Of a stretch of DNA of 64,000 nt, positions 27,194 to 35,026 are shown one piece after another. Each line of letters begins with the position of its first letter. The stretch's first letter is position 1. Below the pieces are notes generated by a model. The model made no database searches and was not told where the DNA came from. It saw only the letters and a list, made by a program, of their open reading frames with translations. Source of the stretch: a virus (taxonomy: Duplodnaviria > Caudoviricetes); the IMG/VR virus record IMGVR_UViG_3300044708_000053, positions 604 to 64,603 of that record; one strand, given 5' to 3'. The translations under genes were made by a program, and so were the position numbers.

Positions 27194-27930
27194 ATATCAT
27201 CGAACTGCGATACAGGCGTGAAGTATCCAATATCACTCTTGATGTCGCCTAAGCACATAAGTACGGCGTCTTCAAGGCGTATCCCGCGGCTTCGGACGTA
27301 ATGAACGCGATCGCCGAATTCCATTCGCCCTATGCCTTGATTCGGAGTAAACCGCAACGTCCCATCCTGCACTAAGTACCAAAGATGATCGGGCGCGAGG
27401 ACCACGTACTCATCGGGGAACAACCACGCCGGGCCTCTTTCGGTCTGGATAGTCACTAAAAACTGTCCGTACCGCGTCCAACCCTCGTTAGTATCAGGAG
27501 CCCACTTAGCAAAATAAGTTTCGCCGGGGCGAAGCGTACTGTGAGCCCCCTCCACGGCTTGCACGCTTCCCACGAACGTCACGTAAGCACCGCTCTCGTC
27601 AATCACCTGAGTTTCCAGCGGGTCATAACGAAGCAGTTCCCGTGAATTGTGGCTATGGACCGTCATCTCTAAGGCGATTGCCTCAGACGTTAGACGGTTA
27701 CTACCAGAAGACACGTAGCGATTTACAATCCTGCGCGGACGGCGACTCTCATGGGGTTTAGATAAGATTCTGCCAGTCTTTCTGACCTTACACGATTCTC
27801 CTGACGATGCCCCGCAGACGTAGCAGTAAGAGGCAATAGCGGTCTCATCAGACGAGGGTAGTACGAGAGTATCGTTTCGATGAAATGCTTGCGGAGTTGC
27901 GCTGTCCGCTGTTGCCTGACTATTCCTCAT
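27100..27930 (-). CDS. Zn-finger protein carrying a SufB/SufD C-terminal-like motif
   Basis: CYVCGASSGESC...H..R at the N-terminus; GIGRMEFGDRVHYVRSRGIRLEDAVLMCLG at 27247-27339. Confidence 0.55.
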   Translation of the reverse strand: MRNSQATADSATPQAFHRNDTLVLPSSDETAIASYCYVCGASSGESCKVRKTGRILSKPHESRRPRRIVNRYVSSGSNRLTSEAIALEMTVHSHNSRELLRYDPLETQVIDESGAYVTFVGSVQAVEGAHSTLRPGETYFAKWAPDTNEGWTRYGQFLVTIQTERGPAWLFPDEYVVLAPDHLWYLVQDGTLRFTPNQGIGRMEFGDRVHYVRSRGIRLEDAVLMCLGDIKSDIGYFTPVSQFDDMWWRFQSAGLTPMQKEQLLRSCAALGGKGTT

Positions 27931-28265
27931 TGTTGTTTCCTTCCCATGCTTGCGAGTTTGCGTGGTGACTCTCCGTGCTCAAGCATCAACACACTCCCGG
28001 CGTGGAAGCAAGGCGTCGGATCTAATGGAATCGTCGCTGCCTCGCAGTCACACGAAACTTGCTCGTCTCCGTATTCATCACACCAGCGACGAACGACATG
28101 TGCGTGATGGCCTTCCTGAGCCACTCTATAGAACCTCTCTCCATACACCGTACCAATCAGAACCACGTCAGGATTGATATCCATTGCCTTGTCGCACGCT
28201 CTCCAGTGGCGCGAACCTCTGGAAGCTTCGGCATAGGCTGATAATGGGATGCTAGCGGTTCTCAT
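27927..28265 (-). CDS. SWIM Zn-finger protein
   Basis: YRV...SCDC...PCFH. Confidence 0.65.
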   Translation of the reverse strand: MRTASIPLSAYAEASRGSRHWRACDKAMDINPDVVLIGTVYGERFYRVAQEGHHAHVVRRWCDEYGDEQVSCDCEAATIPLDPTPCFHAGSVLMLEHGESPRKLASMGRKQQ

Positions 28266-28634
28266 CTAAGCGCTCTTCCCCTCAAACTGCGCCTTGAGCC
28301 GTTCGTAATCTTCGCGCTCTTCGAATCGTCGTCTTCGCTCAACGCCTGAGATTAGCCGCTCTGCTTCACATGCAGAACAAACATTTGAAGAGTGATGTGG
28401 TAGAGATTCTCGGATGTGTCTGTTGCACAAATCCTGGAGTTTAGGAAACTTGAAGTTAGCCTGTAAGTCCTCAATCGCACTCACTACTGCATCAGCAAAG
28501 CGGTGGCGCCGTTCAGTTTCTTCGTCGCTCTCATCTTGAGCGAATATCCAAGGATCGCCTTTATCGCCAGCGTCGATTACGTCAAAGATCGCAGATGTGA
28601 TGGTTGACTTGCTTGCAAAAAGTTCTTTGGGCAT
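28266..28634 (-). CDS. Hypothetical protein
   Basis: In-operon ORF. Confidence 0.55.
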   Translation of the reverse strand: MPKELFASKSTITSAIFDVIDAGDKGDPWIFAQDESDEETERRHRFADAVVSAIEDLQANFKFPKLQDLCNRHIRESLPHHSSNVCSACEAERLISGVERRRRFEEREDYERLKAQFEGKSA

Positions 28635-28638
28635 TTAG

Positions 28639-29406
28639 TTACTCCTCGATGTAGGAATAGCGTCCGTCAGGCTCGGGCCTCATGTATTCCGGGACTACGC
28701 CCCCGTGAATCAGATCCATCGCGATCCTGTGCGCCTCGACGCCTTCGTTTGTTGCGGGGCCACCAACGAATGAGCCATCGGAATTGACGGTAATCGCCCC
28801 TGCGTTGTTACCGAAATCTTCATCAGCCCATCGCATCGAAATGCGTTCGCCGGGAAACTTATCAATCAACTTTTCAAACCACTTAGCGGGCATACTCCAT
28901 GCGGTCTGGAACTTGATCACCGTGTCGGAGACGCGTTCGACTTGGTACGCGTTCCACTTTGTTCCCCAATTGGCGATACTCCATTCGTACCAACTCGTAT
29001 GACCGTATTCCTTCAGGCAGCGCATACATCGAAGTAGCTGCTCGAAATCCTCTGCGCTCCAGTCGATCGGGTATGGCCCTTCTTGCATTTGCCGAATTGC
29101 GTTCGACTGCTCCAGTCGCTTGCTTGCAGCGCCGTAATTGCCCGACTTGAACGCAGACACAGGATCAGGAGTTGGAGCGGAGAGCGTCTTGAGATTTATG
29201 ATGCCCATCGCGATTTCCGCCCATTGCGTTATCCCCGAATGCGGCTCGCCTTTAAGGAGTTCAGGCATAGGAACAATTGTCTCGAAGTCTAATTCCGACT
29301 CAGCGGACTTTAGCGAGTCGATTACGTCTTTAGGTGCGGTTAGTTCGTTTGTTACATGATTAGGCATAGCTTTAATCCCTTTCCTGTTAATCCAACGTAG
29401 AAACAA
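28639..29406 (-). CDS. DUF1281/YubB-like ferredoxin-fold protein
   Basis: MPNHVTNEL, LDFETIVPMP, WYEWSIANWGTKWNA, FQTAWSMP, WADED. Confidence 0.8.
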   Translation of the reverse strand: MFLRWINRKGIKAMPNHVTNELTAPKDVIDSLKSAESELDFETIVPMPELLKGEPHSGITQWAEIAMGIINLKTLSAPTPDPVSAFKSGNYGAASKRLEQSNAIRQMQEGPYPIDWSAEDFEQLLRCMRCLKEYGHTSWYEWSIANWGTKWNAYQVERVSDTVIKFQTAWSMPAKWFEKLIDKFPGERISMRWADEDFGNNAGAITVNSDGSFVGGPATNEGVEAHRIAMDLIHGGVVPEYMRPEPDGRYSYIEE

Positions 29407-31144
29407 TAACCTCTGAAATTATGAAGAGCGCCGCAAAGAAAGCGATGGCTAAGATAGCTACTATCAAGCCTCGCACGACTAACCTGAGCCACCAGAATCT
29501 CTTCTTGCTGCGCCGGTCTTCGCCCTTGACTGCGGAGCGCATTTGCGTCTTGTTTGGGGAGTAGTAGTCGCTCATCGCAATAATCCTCGCTCCATTCTGA
29601 TCATTTCTTACCGCCTTCGATAATGAGCATTAGCGTAGCAGGGTCAAAGCGGGACAGAGCGCTATTCAACTCCGCGAATTGCTTGAACTTGTCTTTCGTG
29701 TAAGAGTAATCGGGATTCGTTCCGATGGCTTCACCAAACCTGTCTAAGTTCAACTTCCACGAAGCCGTTCCAATCGCTTGCTGAAACTCTTTGATATCTT
29801 CTGTAGTCATCGCTCATTCTCCTGTTTGTGTGGATCTACTGCTCCTCCAAGTACGCTGCCCTCGTGGAATTCTTTGCATTCCTCGCAGTAGAACTTTTGG
29901 ACCTTCTCTCCCGGTCGTGGATTCATCTTGCTGAGCGGGCCATCGTTCGTATACTTGCCCCGCACTAATGGTTTACCATCGTTCAGATCGTCCATAACTC
30001 GCTGCACGACTCCGCGTAACAGCGCATCTTTCTCAATCTTATCCAGTTCGTAAAGCATTCCCATCGTTTTCAACTCCTTTGGTTAGTCGTTACTTGCTAT
30101 AGTCGACCGCTAACTGCTTATCGAATTGTACCGGACGATCAAATGCGTCCTCGATAGTCTCAGTTACGAAGTTGATCGCGTCGTCTTCGGTTTCTGCTTC
30201 AACGTCTGGAACGTAGACAGTTACCGCTACCTCGTATGCCATCGTTTCAACTCCCTTCACTGTCAGTGAGTTAGCCGTTTTCCATAAGACAAAGTGCAAT
30301 GCTGATTAGTGCATTCACCTGCGCTCGTGGCACATCCTCATAGATCATGTCTAACGCGGTGTTGCAGTGATATGCCGCCGCATCTCTGCTTTGAGCGGAA
30401 TCAATCAACTTCTTTAATGGCTCACTAAAACGCAACGCTTGTTTGGCGGCATACGAAGCGTCAGGCGCACCATCCGCGATACCGTCAAAATGTTCGTAGA
30501 TATCTCTTAGCAGTTGCAGGTGCTTATTGTTCATCTCAATCTCTCCTGTTCATTCAGCCTTGACCGCATTTGTTAATGCCTCAATTGCCGTTTCTTTGAA
30601 TGCGGAAGCGCGCGTAAAGTTTTGCACGTTGTTGTTAACGGGTAATCCGGTCACGATTTGAATCGCCCGCTTTAATCCTTCTACGCGAAGGGAAGTCGTA
30701 AGATCCTCCAGCGATACAAACTTATGCTCGTAATCGTGGCCGTCCCAGCGTTGGGCGCGTCCGCAATACCAGCCCGCTTCGTCATCAAGTAATGCGAAGC
30801 ACGCGGGACCACCGTTCATCACCACTTGTTGCCAGTCTAGTTTCGGTTCAACCATTGTCACTCCCCATCATTCAAGATTTTCCGCCGCTTCGTGGCCTGC
30901 TTCATTGCCTGATCGTTTGTCATTTTTAGTCTCCGTCTGGATAGTAGTCAGCGCCTTCCGCCTCAATCTCACGCCGACAGCGGGTACACAGTTCGCCAAA
31001 TTGGTTAGGCGTTTCACATTCAGGACAGAAGTTGACAGAGTCATCTACATCGGGCGGCTCATCGTAATCCTCTTCATAGGCGAATAGCGCCAGTTCATGT
31101 TCGTCCATCGGTTGCTGTGTAAGCCAGTCGTTAAGTGTCGCCAT
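29387..31144 (-). other. Cluster of small early ORFs (29387-29575 TM, 29601-29810, 29807-30073, 30090-30299, 30271-30534, 30550-30861, 30926-31144)
   Basis: Tightly packed minus-strand ORFs immediately downstream of the leftward promoter. Confidence 0.6.
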
Positions 31145-31171
31145 GTGTCAATTTCTCCTTATTGAAGTTGT

Positions 31172-31279
31172 CGCCTCCCGGGGCAGCGCGGCGAATCCAA
31201 AACCCCCTCTTTAGGACTCGCTATTATCGGCAGTGCCTCTTGATTCACTGCCGCCCCTCGCTGCTGCCCTCGGGAAGCG
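31172..31279 (-). ncRNA. Candidate three-way-junction leader RNA
   Basis: 16-bp closing stem (31263-79/31172-87, one bulge, one G-U) enclosing two 8-bp hairpins (31246-53/31228-35 and 31214-21/31191-98). Confidence 0.7.
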
Positions 31280-31292
31280 TCCCACACGAGAA

Positions 31293-31321
31293 AGAATAAG
31301 CTAAGCCGGAATAGATGTCAA
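31293..31321 (-). promoter_or_regulatory. Leftward early promoter
   Basis: TTGACA-17 nt-TATTCT, near consensus. Confidence 0.8.
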
Positions 31322-31340
31322 CAAGTATTTCGTTGTTGAC
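31317..31340. promoter_or_regulatory. Inverted repeat spanning both -35 boxes (candidate operator)
   Basis: GTCAACAA-GTATTTCG-TTGTTGAC; part of the symmetry comes simply from back-to-back TTGAC boxes. Confidence 0.45.
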
Positions 31341-31365
31341 TTTGGAGACGTTGATATTTTATATT
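31336..31365 (+). promoter_or_regulatory. Rightward promoter, probably giving a leaderless mRNA
   Basis: TTGACT-18 nt-TATATT; ATG 7 nt after the -10 box, no Shine-Dalgarno. Confidence 0.7.
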
Positions 31366-31372
31366 GTGCCGC

Positions 31373-31561
31373 ATGGGACGAACAGCATCACCAGACACAA
31401 AAGTGCAGATTGCCGGACGCGTGGCCCCGGTCATTAAATTGCTCATTGACGAAATAGCCAGCAAGGAGCAGCGGACGGCCTCTCAAGCTCTGGAAATCCT
31501 GCTAAAAGAGTCGCCGCGCGTAAAGGCGAGGCTGCGCGAGGCGCGTAATGGCAAATACTGA
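31373..31561 (+). CDS. Ribbon-helix-helix (Arc/CopG-like) regulator
   Basis: Alternating beta strand KVQIAGRV followed by two helices (VIKLLIDEIASKEQRT; ASQALEILLKE). Confidence 0.65.
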   Translation: MGRTASPDTKVQIAGRVAPVIKLLIDEIASKEQRTASQALEILLKESPRVKARLREARNGKY

Positions 31562-31964
31562 ATACGGCATCGATTTAGATCTATGCCTGAGTCTGCCTTT
31601 CGGGCCAAGGCGGGCGGCGGTGAATCACTTTCCGTCGTGTGCGGCGGTCTATCTTATTTACTGGCCACCCGACACCGTCCTATATATCGGGGCAACAATC
31701 TGTCTAAGAAACCGATGTCGGCAGCACGGCTCTGTATTTGCCAAAATACGCGGGATCAGAGTGGCATGGTTTCCGTTACCCCGAAAACTACACCATGAAA
31801 CCGAGAGAAGGTTGATTGAGTTGATTAAGCCCGTTCTGAATACGCAGTACATCCCAAAGGATGTCGAGCAGACACGTAGACGTGTGTATTACAACGCAAA
31901 GGCGGTCAGAAACTTCCTGAAATCTCAGGCCAAAAAGAACGGTAATAAGAAAGCGGGGAAATAA
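31548..31964 (+). CDS. GIY-YIG nuclease
   Basis: AVYLI...LYIGAT..LRNR..QH...E..LI....P.LN. Confidence 0.85.
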   Translation: MANTEYGIDLDLCLSLPFGPRRAAVNHFPSCAAVYLIYWPPDTVLYIGATICLRNRCRQHGSVFAKIRGIRVAWFPLPRKLHHETERRLIELIKPVLNTQYIPKDVEQTRRRVYYNAKAVRNFLKSQAKKNGNKKAGK

Positions 31965-32060
31965 GATGAAGAACTTTCTTCGATCACTAATTCCGTGGCC
32001 GTGGTGGACATGTCCGGTTTGCAAGACCACACGAACACGGCGACCAACGCTCTGTAATGA

Positions 32061-32351
32061 ATGCGCTCATCTGGCTCAAGTAATGAGCGACATGACTCAA
32101 TAGAAAAGGCGGACTCTCAAGTGTGGAGAGAAATAGAATCGGCCCCTAAAGACGGCACGCGCATTGTAGGGCGGCGCACTTATGCCGATCAGTACTCTGG
32201 AAAGTTGCGCTACGAGAAACATAAAACATCGTGGGGTAAAACGTCACATATCCCGATGTACGGATGGACTTACGGGCGCGATCCAGAAAATATCAACCTT
32301 TGGCAGCCGACACACTGGATACCAATTAACCGACTAGACGTGGACAGGTGA
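32061..32351 (+). CDS. DUF551-like protein
   Basis: WREIESAPKDGT...QPTHWIP. Confidence 0.7.
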   Translation: MRSSGSSNERHDSIEKADSQVWREIESAPKDGTRIVGRRTYADQYSGKLRYEKHKTSWGKTSHIPMYGWTYGRDPENINLWQPTHWIPINRLDVDR

Positions 32352-32387
32352 TTTATCCTGAAATCCACTTCCCGAAAGGACACCTAA

Positions 32388-33062
32388 ATGCAATACGAGA
32401 TTAGTGCCGAAGTCGAGAAGGTCGCCAAAGGCGTTATCAAAGAACACCTGACCGACCTGAAAAGCAAAAAGATCGTCTATGTAACGATGGACAAAAAGGA
32501 CGATAAGACAGGCAATTCCGTAGCACAGATGCGCAAGGGCAAGCCAATCATCGGAGACATGAAGCTTGTCGGCGGGCTGAATGCGTTTCTAGCCTCTGGT
32601 GAAACTCGCACGGATTACGATGGCCCGACGCCGTTTGCGGTGCTAGTGGTCAGTCGTTTGGCGTGGGAGAAGCTGTCAGTTGAGCAGCGCCGCGCATGGG
32701 TGCATCAGCAACTGAATCGGCTGGACTACAACATCGACACCGGCAAGCCTACGCTGATCGACTTCGACGTTAAGGAATTCTCGATCATTGCCAAACTTTA
32801 CGGTGCCTGGAATGACGATCTCGGGTTGTTCCTGAAAACAGCGAAAGAACACCCTCTGTTTGATGATCTCGACAGTCGAAGCTTTGAGCCTGTTGTAGAG
32901 GAAGTAGGTGCAGAGGAAAAGGCTCCAAAGGTGGTTAAGGCCGGAAATGGTGCGGCGGACCATGTTGAAGAGGCTCCAGAAGCAGCCAAGCCAGCCGATC
33001 TTCCTTCAATCAAAGAACATGTGGCAAAGAAGCGCAGCAGACCATCGGCAAGCGCTCATTAG
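32388..33062 (+). CDS. Phage metallopeptidase-like protein with degenerate active site
   Basis: Family-like layout (W..LS.EQRRAWV, DVKEF...YG.W) but HQQLNR where HExxH is expected. Confidence 0.6.
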   Translation: MQYEISAEVEKVAKGVIKEHLTDLKSKKIVYVTMDKKDDKTGNSVAQMRKGKPIIGDMKLVGGLNAFLASGETRTDYDGPTPFAVLVVSRLAWEKLSVEQRRAWVHQQLNRLDYNIDTGKPTLIDFDVKEFSIIAKLYGAWNDDLGLFLKTAKEHPLFDDLDSRSFEPVVEEVGAEEKAPKVVKAGNGAADHVEEAPEAAKPADLPSIKEHVAKKRSRPSASAH

Positions 33063-33068
33063 TTCTCT

Positions 33069-33472
33069 TTGGTAGCGCTGGGGGCACTTTGATATTTGAG
33101 AATTGATTTTCCTGCGGCGAGCATGACGGTAATCATGCTGGTGTCGGCAGCAATGCCTAACGGTCTGGCTACGTTGGCGGCTGAAGACGAAGCGCGAATG
33201 GCGCATGAGAAAAGCCACAGTCAGGGTTTACGTGAACAACTTGATCGTTATCCCCAACTGCGGACATGCACATTCAAGATAGTAGGTTCAGCGCACGGAC
33301 ACACAGCGAAAGGGTGGGTAATCCACGATAACGAACGTAGACGTTTCTCCCGCCTGAGTCGGTATCCAATCCGGCCCGCAGGAATCCTTGATAGCGCTGG
33401 GGCGGTGACAAACCATTGGCGCTATCTTTGAGCAGGGGAGCGGATTGGTGAGGGTCCGCTCCGTTGCTCCCC
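33069..33472 (+). ncRNA. Candidate large structured RNA (about 280-nt core plus two 3' hairpins)
   Basis: Closing stem 33109-17/33376-84; hairpins 33120-39 and 33146-57 (GCAA loop); nested arm 33221-25/33353-57, 33226-32/33336-42, 33245-52/33327-34; hairpins 33390-33426 and 33430-33469. Confidence 0.65.
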
Positions 33473-33501
33473 AACTCGGTTTGGCAAGGAAGGAAAAATC
33501 A

Positions 33502-33753
33502 ATGGCACTTAAAGCAGTGAAAAAGACAAGCAAGGCGGAAGCGCGAAGCCAGAAACTTGCGGCAGCGATGCCAGAAGTGCGTGCTTTATGTGAAAAGCAC
33601 GGTCGTCCAATCGTAATGTCCTGCGTTACACGCATCGCGCAATATGAACAGATAGCCGCCAAAGCCGAGAGTTTGCGCCGTCAAGCTGCGGCACTAGAAA
33701 AGAAGTTGGTACCGGAATCTGACGCCGCCCGCAACTCAATCGGGAGTACCTAA
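33502..33753 (+). CDS. Basic helical hypothetical protein
   Basis: AAGGAAGG RBS before the ATG at 33502. Confidence 0.65.
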   Translation: MALKAVKKTSKAEARSQKLAAAMPEVRALCEKHGRPIVMSCVTRIAQYEQIAAKAESLRRQAAALEKKLVPESDAARNSIGST

Positions 33754-34220
33754 TGCCTTTACTTAACTACACTACTCAAGTTGAATCCCACAAATCCATT
33801 ACTGAAATCACTGGCATACTGAGCCGTTTCGGCGCACGAACTATCACGACGGATTATGACGAAAACGGATTCGTTAAGGGTCTTAGCTTTGTAATTATGA
33901 TCGAGGGCTTACCGCTGGCGATTCGGCTCCCAGCGAACGTAGAAGCCGTTTTCAAGGCGCTGTGCAACGCAGACGGCGTCCCACGTGCTAAACGCACGCG
34001 AGAGCAAGCGCGACGCGTCGCATGGCGCATTCTAAAAGACTGGCTGGAGGCGCAACTGGCTCTCTCTCAAGTTGGACAGGCTGAGATCGCACAAGTGCTG
34101 ATGCCTTACGCAGTCGATGCTCAAGGGCGCACCGCATACGAAGCTTTCAAAGAATCCCACATACGGCAACTAAATGCCGCACCGGATAACGTCTTAGACT
34201 TCAAAGCAGCCAACGAATAA
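33753..34220 (+). CDS. Conserved-looking phage hypothetical protein
   Basis: LNYTTQV, LPANVE, QARRVAWRILKDW; TAATG coupling with the upstream gene. Confidence 0.7.
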   Translation: MPLLNYTTQVESHKSITEITGILSRFGARTITTDYDENGFVKGLSFVIMIEGLPLAIRLPANVEAVFKALCNADGVPRAKRTREQARRVAWRILKDWLEAQLALSQVGQAEIAQVLMPYAVDAQGRTAYEAFKESHIRQLNAAPDNVLDFKAANE

Positions 34221-34251
34221 GGCATCGGTGATAACAGGAGTGAAGAACTAG

Positions 34252-34404
34252 ATGACGCATTGCTGGAAAGACTATCGCACGCACCTTGACGGATCAAACA
34301 AGACCTGTATGCGCGAAAGCGATCACGAAGGCGATCACGAATTCGTTAGCAATGATTCAATCGTTATCACGTTTGCAGGAGACAAGGAAAACCCATGCCA
34401 ATAA
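34252..34404 (+). CDS. Small His/Cys protein (50 aa), not in ORF track
   Basis: AGGAG RBS; MTHCWKDYRTHLDGSNKTCMRESDHEGDHEF... Confidence 0.5.
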   Translation: MTHCWKDYRTHLDGSNKTCMRESDHEGDHEFVSNDSIVITFAGDKENPCQ

Positions 34405-34673
34405 CACCTAAGCAAGTCCGAATTCTGCACTTCATTTCTGGCTATATTCAGAGCAACAAACTTGCTCCAACCATTGCCGAAATTGGCAAACACTTCGGAA
34501 TGCGCTCCTCTGCGAGCGTTCATCAGGTATTAGTAGCGCTGGAGCGTAACGGGTTGATTAAGCGGATACCCAACATCAGCCGGGGAATTCAGATAGTGGA
34601 GGATTGTCATGCCAACGGAAATTATAATGAGCAGGCTGCGTCAGTTTCAAACGGCCAAGGAACGACTCACTGA
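34395..34673 (+). CDS. LexA-type DNA-binding domain protein lacking the peptidase domain
   Basis: TPKQVRILHFI..Y.....APTIAEIGKHFGMRSSASVHQVLVALERNGLIKRIPNISRGI. Confidence 0.88.
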   Translation: MPITPKQVRILHFISGYIQSNKLAPTIAEIGKHFGMRSSASVHQVLVALERNGLIKRIPNISRGIQIVEDCHANGNYNEQAASVSNGQGTTH

Positions 34674-34944
34674 GGCCCGTCAACGCGAGTTTCCAGCAGG
34701 ACGCGGCGTCCGCGTAGTCCACGAGCGGTATAACGGTTACGGTATGGTAGTGGTTGACGACGGATGCCCTATAGACCAACTGGCCGTGAAGCTTGAGAAC
34801 GGAAACACATGGTGGTATCCATTAGATAGCTGCTCACTGGCTAATCGCGATACTTGCCCGCCTTGGTTGCAACGGTTAATGAGATTTGAGGCCCGCAGCG
34901 CAACCGTGCGACGGATGGTAGCCCGAGATTCAGAGATAGCGTGA
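34609..34944 (+). CDS. Hypothetical protein (SH3-like fold possible)
   Basis: Last ORF of the rightward block. Confidence 0.5.
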   Translation: MPTEIIMSRLRQFQTAKERLTEARQREFPAGRGVRVVHERYNGYGMVVVDDGCPIDQLAVKLENGNTWWYPLDSCSLANRDTCPPWLQRLMRFEARSATVRRMVARDSEIA

Positions 34945-35026
34945 GAAGTTAATTACGAGAGTGCCTAATGTTTCGCGCGGGATTCGACTCATAGACCAGC
35001 CTGTCAATCCAAGTTGAGAACGATCC

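Noticed and set aside
33181-33213. Hammerhead ribozyme core (CTGAAGA...GAAA)
   Set aside because: Stem II does not close next to the conserved motifs, and I found no stem III/NUH cleavage arrangement.
33304-33360. ZTP (pfl) riboswitch resemblance (GCGAAAGG-GTGG..CCAC...CGCCTG)
   Set aside because: The conserved GACUG segment is missing and the pseudoknot pairing fails.
33096-33431. 111-aa plus-strand ORF in the track
   Set aside because: TTG start without a Shine-Dalgarno, no recognisable protein features, and it coincides with dense RNA structure; not fully excluded.
33435-33473. tRNA-like acceptor stem GGGGAGC/GCTCCCC-A
   Set aside because: Only 24 nt lie between the strands, with no D, anticodon or T arms and no CCA.
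34970-35000. tRNA/tmRNA T-loop-like GGATTCGACTC (similar GTTCGAGTC at 3102 and 63454)
   Set aside because: No cloverleaf forms, and the other two sites are inside coding sequence.
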